Source: Mustelus asterias
Lineage: Eukaryota
NCBI RefSeq assembly: GCF_964213995.1
Contig: NC_135830.1
Coordinates: forward strand, 15,810,001 to 15,874,000
Length of the DNA: 64,000 nt
Direction: 5' to 3'
The position numbers were made by a program, and so were the translations under genes. The notes below the pieces were generated by a model. It had not been told where the DNA came from, made no database searches, and saw only the letters and a list, made by a program, of their open reading frames with translations. Below are positions 60,085 through 64,000 of the stretch, in pieces. Position 1 is the first letter of the stretch; every line of letters begins with the position of its first letter.

Positions 60085-63000
60085 TAAAGAACAAAGAACA
60101 AAGAACAGTACAGCACAGGAAACAGGCCCTTCGGCCCTCCAAGCCTGTGCCGCTCCTTGGTCCAACGAGACCAATCGTTGGACCAAGGGCGGCACGGTAG
60201 CACAGTGGTTAGCACTGCTGCTTCACAGCTCCAGGGTCCCAGGTTCGATTCCCGGCTCGGGTCACTGTCTGTGTGGAGTTTGCACATTCTCCGCGTGTCT
60301 GCGTGGGTTTCCTCCGGGTGCTTCGGTTTCCTCCCACAGTCCAAAGATGTGCTGGTTAGGTTGATTGGCTAGGTTAAAAATTGCCCCTTAGAATCCTGAG
60401 GTGCGTAGGTTAGAGCGATTAGCGAGTAAAATATGTGGGGGTAGGGCCTGGGTGGGATTGTAGTCGGTGCAGACTCGATGGGCTGAATGGCCTCCTTCTG
60501 CACTGTAGGGTTTCCATGTTTGTATCCCTCCATTCCCAGGCTGCTCATGTGACTATCCAGGTAAGTCTTAAACGATGTCAGCGTGCCTGCCTCCACCACC
60601 CTACTTGGCAGCGCATTCCAGGCCCCCACCACCCTCTGTGTAAAAAACGTCCCTCTGATATCTGAGTTATACTTCGCCCCTCTCACCTTGAGCCCGTGAC
60701 CCCTCGTGATCGTCACCTCCGACCTGGGAAAAAGCTTCCCACTGTTCACCCTATCTATACCCTTCATAATCTTGTACACCTCTATTAGATCTCCCCTCAT
60801 TCTCCGTCTTTGCAAGGAGAACAACCCCAGTCTCCCCAATATCTCCTCATAGCTAAGACCCTCCATACCAGGCAACATCCTGGTAAACCTTCTCTGCACT
60901 CTTTCTAACGCCTCCACGTCCTTCTGGTAGTGCGGCGACCAGAACTGGATGCAGTACTTCAAATGTGGCCTAACCAGCGTTCTATACAGCTGCATCATCA
61001 GACTCCAGCTTTTATACTCTATACCCCGTCCTATAAAGGCAAGCATACCATATGCCTTCTTCACCACCTTCTCCACCTGTGTTGCCACCTTCAAGGATTT
61101 GTGGACTTGCACACCTAGGTCCCTCTGTGTTTCTATACTCCTGATGACTCTGCCATTTATTGTATAACTCCTCCCTACATTATTTCTTCCAAAATGCATC
61201 ACTTCGCATTTATCCGGATTAAACTCCATCTGCCACCTCTGCGCCCAATTTTCCAGCCTATCTATATCCTGCTGTATTGCCCGACAATGCTCTTCGCTAT
61301 CTGCAATTCCAGCCATCTTCGTGTCATCAGCACACTTGCTGATTACACCAGTTACACCTTCTTCCAAATCATTTATATATATCACAAATAGCAGAGGTCC
61401 CAGTACAGAGCCCTGCGGAATACCACTGGTCACAGACCTCCAGCCGGAAAAAGACCCTTCGACCACTACCCTCTGTCTCCTATGTCCAAGCCAGTTCTCC
61501 ACCCATCTAGCCACTTCTCCTTGTATCCCATGAGCCTTAACCTTCTTAACCAACCTGCCATGTGGGACTTTGTCAAATGCCTTACTGAAATCCATATAGA
61601 CGACATCCACGGCCCTTCCTTCATCAACCGTTTTTGTCACTTCCTCAAAAAAGTCCACCAAATTTGTAAGGCACGACCTCCCTCTTACAAAACCATGCTG
61701 TCTGTCACTAATGAGATTGTTCCGTTCTAAATGCACATACATGCTGTCTCTAAGAATCCTCTCCAACAACTTCCCTACCACGGACGTCAAGCTCACCGGC
61801 CTATAATTTCCTGGGTTATCCCTGCTACCCTTCTTAAACAACGGGACCACATTCGCTATCCTCCAATCCTCAGGGACCTCACCCGTGTCCAAAGAAGCGA
61901 CAAAGATTTCCGTCAGAGTCCCAGCAATTTCATCTCTCGTCTCCCTGAGCAGTCGAGGATAGATGCCATCAGGCCCTGGTGCTTTGTCAGTTTTAATGTT
62001 CCCTAAAAAACCTAACACTACCTCTCTCGTAATGGAGATTTTCTCTAACGGGTCAACACCTCCCTCCGAGACACTCCCAGTTAACGCGCCCCTCTCCGTC
62101 GTGAATACCGATGCAAAGTATTCATTTAGGATCTCCCCTATTCCCTTGGGTTCTAAGCATAATTCCCCTCCTTTGTCCCTGAGAGGTCCGATTTTCTCCC
62201 TGACAACTCTTTTGTTCCTAACGTATGAATAGAATGCCTTAGGATTCTCCTTCATCCTGCCTGCCAAGAACATCTCGTGACCTCTTTTTGCCCATCTAAC
62301 TCCCCGTTTGAGTTCTTTCCTACTCTCTCTGTATTCCTCCAGAGCTCCATCTGTTTTCAGTTGCCTGGACTTAACGTACGCCTCCCTTTTCATTTTAATC
62401 AGATCCTCAATTTCCCTGGTTATCCACGGCTCTCGACCCTACCTTTCCTATCTTTCCTTTTTACAGGCACATGCCTATCCTGCAGCCTTATCAATAGTTC
62501 CTTAAAAGACTCCCACATGCCAGACGCGGACTTACCCTCGAACATCCTCTCCCAATCAACATCCACCAATTCCTGCCTCATCCGGCTATAGTTAGCCTTC
62601 CCCCAATTTAGCACCCTGCCCGTAGGACAGCACTCATCCTTGTCCATTACTATCCTAAAGTTAACATAGTTGTGGTCACTATTTGCCACATGTTCCCCTA
62701 CCGAAACGTTGACGACCTGACCGGGCTCATTTCCCAGAACTAGGTCCAGTATAGCCCCCTCCCTAGTCGGGCTATCTACATACTGTTCCAAAGAACCTTC
62801 CAGTACGCATTTTACAAATTCCTCCCCGTCCGGACCCCCAGCTCTAAGCACTTTCCAGTCTGTGCCAGGGAAATTAAAGTCCCCCACTACAACAACCCTA
62901 TTCTTTCTGCACCTATCCAGAATCTCCTGACATATCCTTTCCTCCACTTCCCGTGGGCTGTTGGGTGGTCTGTAGTACACCCCCAGCATAGTGACTGCAC

Positions 63001-64000
63001 CCTTCCTGTTTCTGAGTTCCACCCACAGCGACTCAGTACATGACCCCTCTAAGTTGTCTACCCTCTGCACCGCGGTAGTATGCTCCTTAACTAATATCGC
63101 TACTCCCCCACCTTTTTTAGCCCCTCCTCTGTCTCGCCTAAAACACTTATACCCCGGAATATTCAGCTGCCAGTCCTGTCCTTCTTTTAACCAAGTTTCC
63201 GTCACCGCAACCACATCCAAATTCCGCACAAGCATTAAGGCCTTAAGTTCGTCTGTTTTACCCGTTACGCTCCTCGCATTGAAGCAGATGCACTCCAGAC
63301 CTCCAGGCCCACTCAGGTCATCCTCCTCCAGAGTGCTCCTCTTCTTCGCTAGCCTTGCCCTGGCCCGCAGCTCAACCCCAGCCTCAGTATTTACTGACCT
63401 ACTGTTTTGTTCCACACCCCCCTGCCACACTAGTTTAAATCCTGCCGAAACACTCTAGCAAAACTCCCAGCCAGGATATTTGCTCCCTTCCAGTTGAGGT
63501 GTAACCCATCCTTTCTGGACAGTTGCCATCCTGACTTGAAGATTTCCCAGTTATCTATGAATTTAAAACCCTCCCTCTTGCACCAGTCCTTTAGCCACGC
63601 GTTCAACTGTAGAATCTCCCTGTTCCGAGCCTCACTTGCACTAGACACCGGGAGCAATCCAAAGATTGCTACACTGGAGGTCTTACTTTTTAGCCTAGCA
63701 CCCAACTCCCTGAATTTCTCTCGTATGACCCCCCTGCTCTTCCTACCTACATAATTTTCACCAATGTGTACAATCACATCCGTTTGACTACCTTCCTTTT
63801 TAAATATGCTTCCTACCCTCTCGGAGACATCCAGTACCCCGGCACCAGGGAGGCAGACTACCATCCTGGATTCTCGTTCAGTCCCACAGAAGCGACTGTC
63901 CGTGCCTCTAACCATTGCGTCCCCCACAACTATCGCTCTCCTAAACCCCTTCTTTCCCTTCCGGACCCCTGAGCCTGTCTCCGTGGAGGCGATCTGGTCC
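60085..64000 (-). mobile_element. Near full-length CR1-type LINE (ORF1 esterase, ORF2 endonuclease-RT); continues past the window
   Basis: ORF1 63430-63927 is SGNH-like (GDAMVRG, HIGEN, DGLHLN). APE 62420-63430 (NARS, VTETW, GGGVA, YRPP, GDFN, SDH). RT 60369-62393 (QGSVLGP, CADD). One frameshift at ~62435. Confidence 0.95.
60187..60517 (+). mobile_element. HE1-like SINE inserted in the LINE 3' end
   Basis: GGGCGGCACGGTAGCACAGTGGTTAGC (A box)...GGTTCGATTCCCGG (B box); it interrupts the LINE sequence CCAATCGTT|TGTATCCC. Confidence 0.9.

Noticed and set aside
1-64000. D/J/C segments, IgH V or NARTCR exons, CRISPR or prokaryotic systems
   Set aside because: No 12-RSS-flanked D/J (FGxG) or C exon was recognised by eye; the sequence is clearly vertebrate.

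Overview
Cartilaginous-fish (shark-like) genomic DNA. The first ~24 kb is part of a T-cell receptor alpha/delta-type V-gene array with eight V segments. Most have a split leader, and all end in 23-type recombination signal sequences (RSS). They lie in mixed orientation. Only one (23035-23497, minus) is fully intact with a near-consensus RSS, one is an open ORF with a degenerate RSS, and six are pseudogenes. From ~28 kb onward is a repeatedly duplicated (direct and inverted) tRNA-gene cluster, mostly decayed (Lys, Asn, Cys, Glu, Leu). It also holds three near-perfect tRNA-Pro genes and one decayed copy, all carrying an 18-nt intron at the canonical 37/38 position, which is unusual for vertebrate tRNA-Pro. 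One tRNA-Pro was duplicated as part of a 476-bp direct repeat flanking a Tx1-type LINE fragment and switched anticodon TGG->CGG. A GPR139-like GPCR pseudogene lies at ~44-46 kb. The window is dense in retroelements: CR1-type LINEs (one near full length at the right end), Rex1-type and Tx1-type LINEs, HE1-like and Deu-type SINEs, and Penelope-like element pieces. Those pieces carry minimal hammerhead-ribozyme motifs, one inserted with a target-site duplication inside a V exon. Most ORFs in the supplied track are LINE fragments or noise. Repeat boundaries are approximate and family names come from recalled motifs, not database searches.
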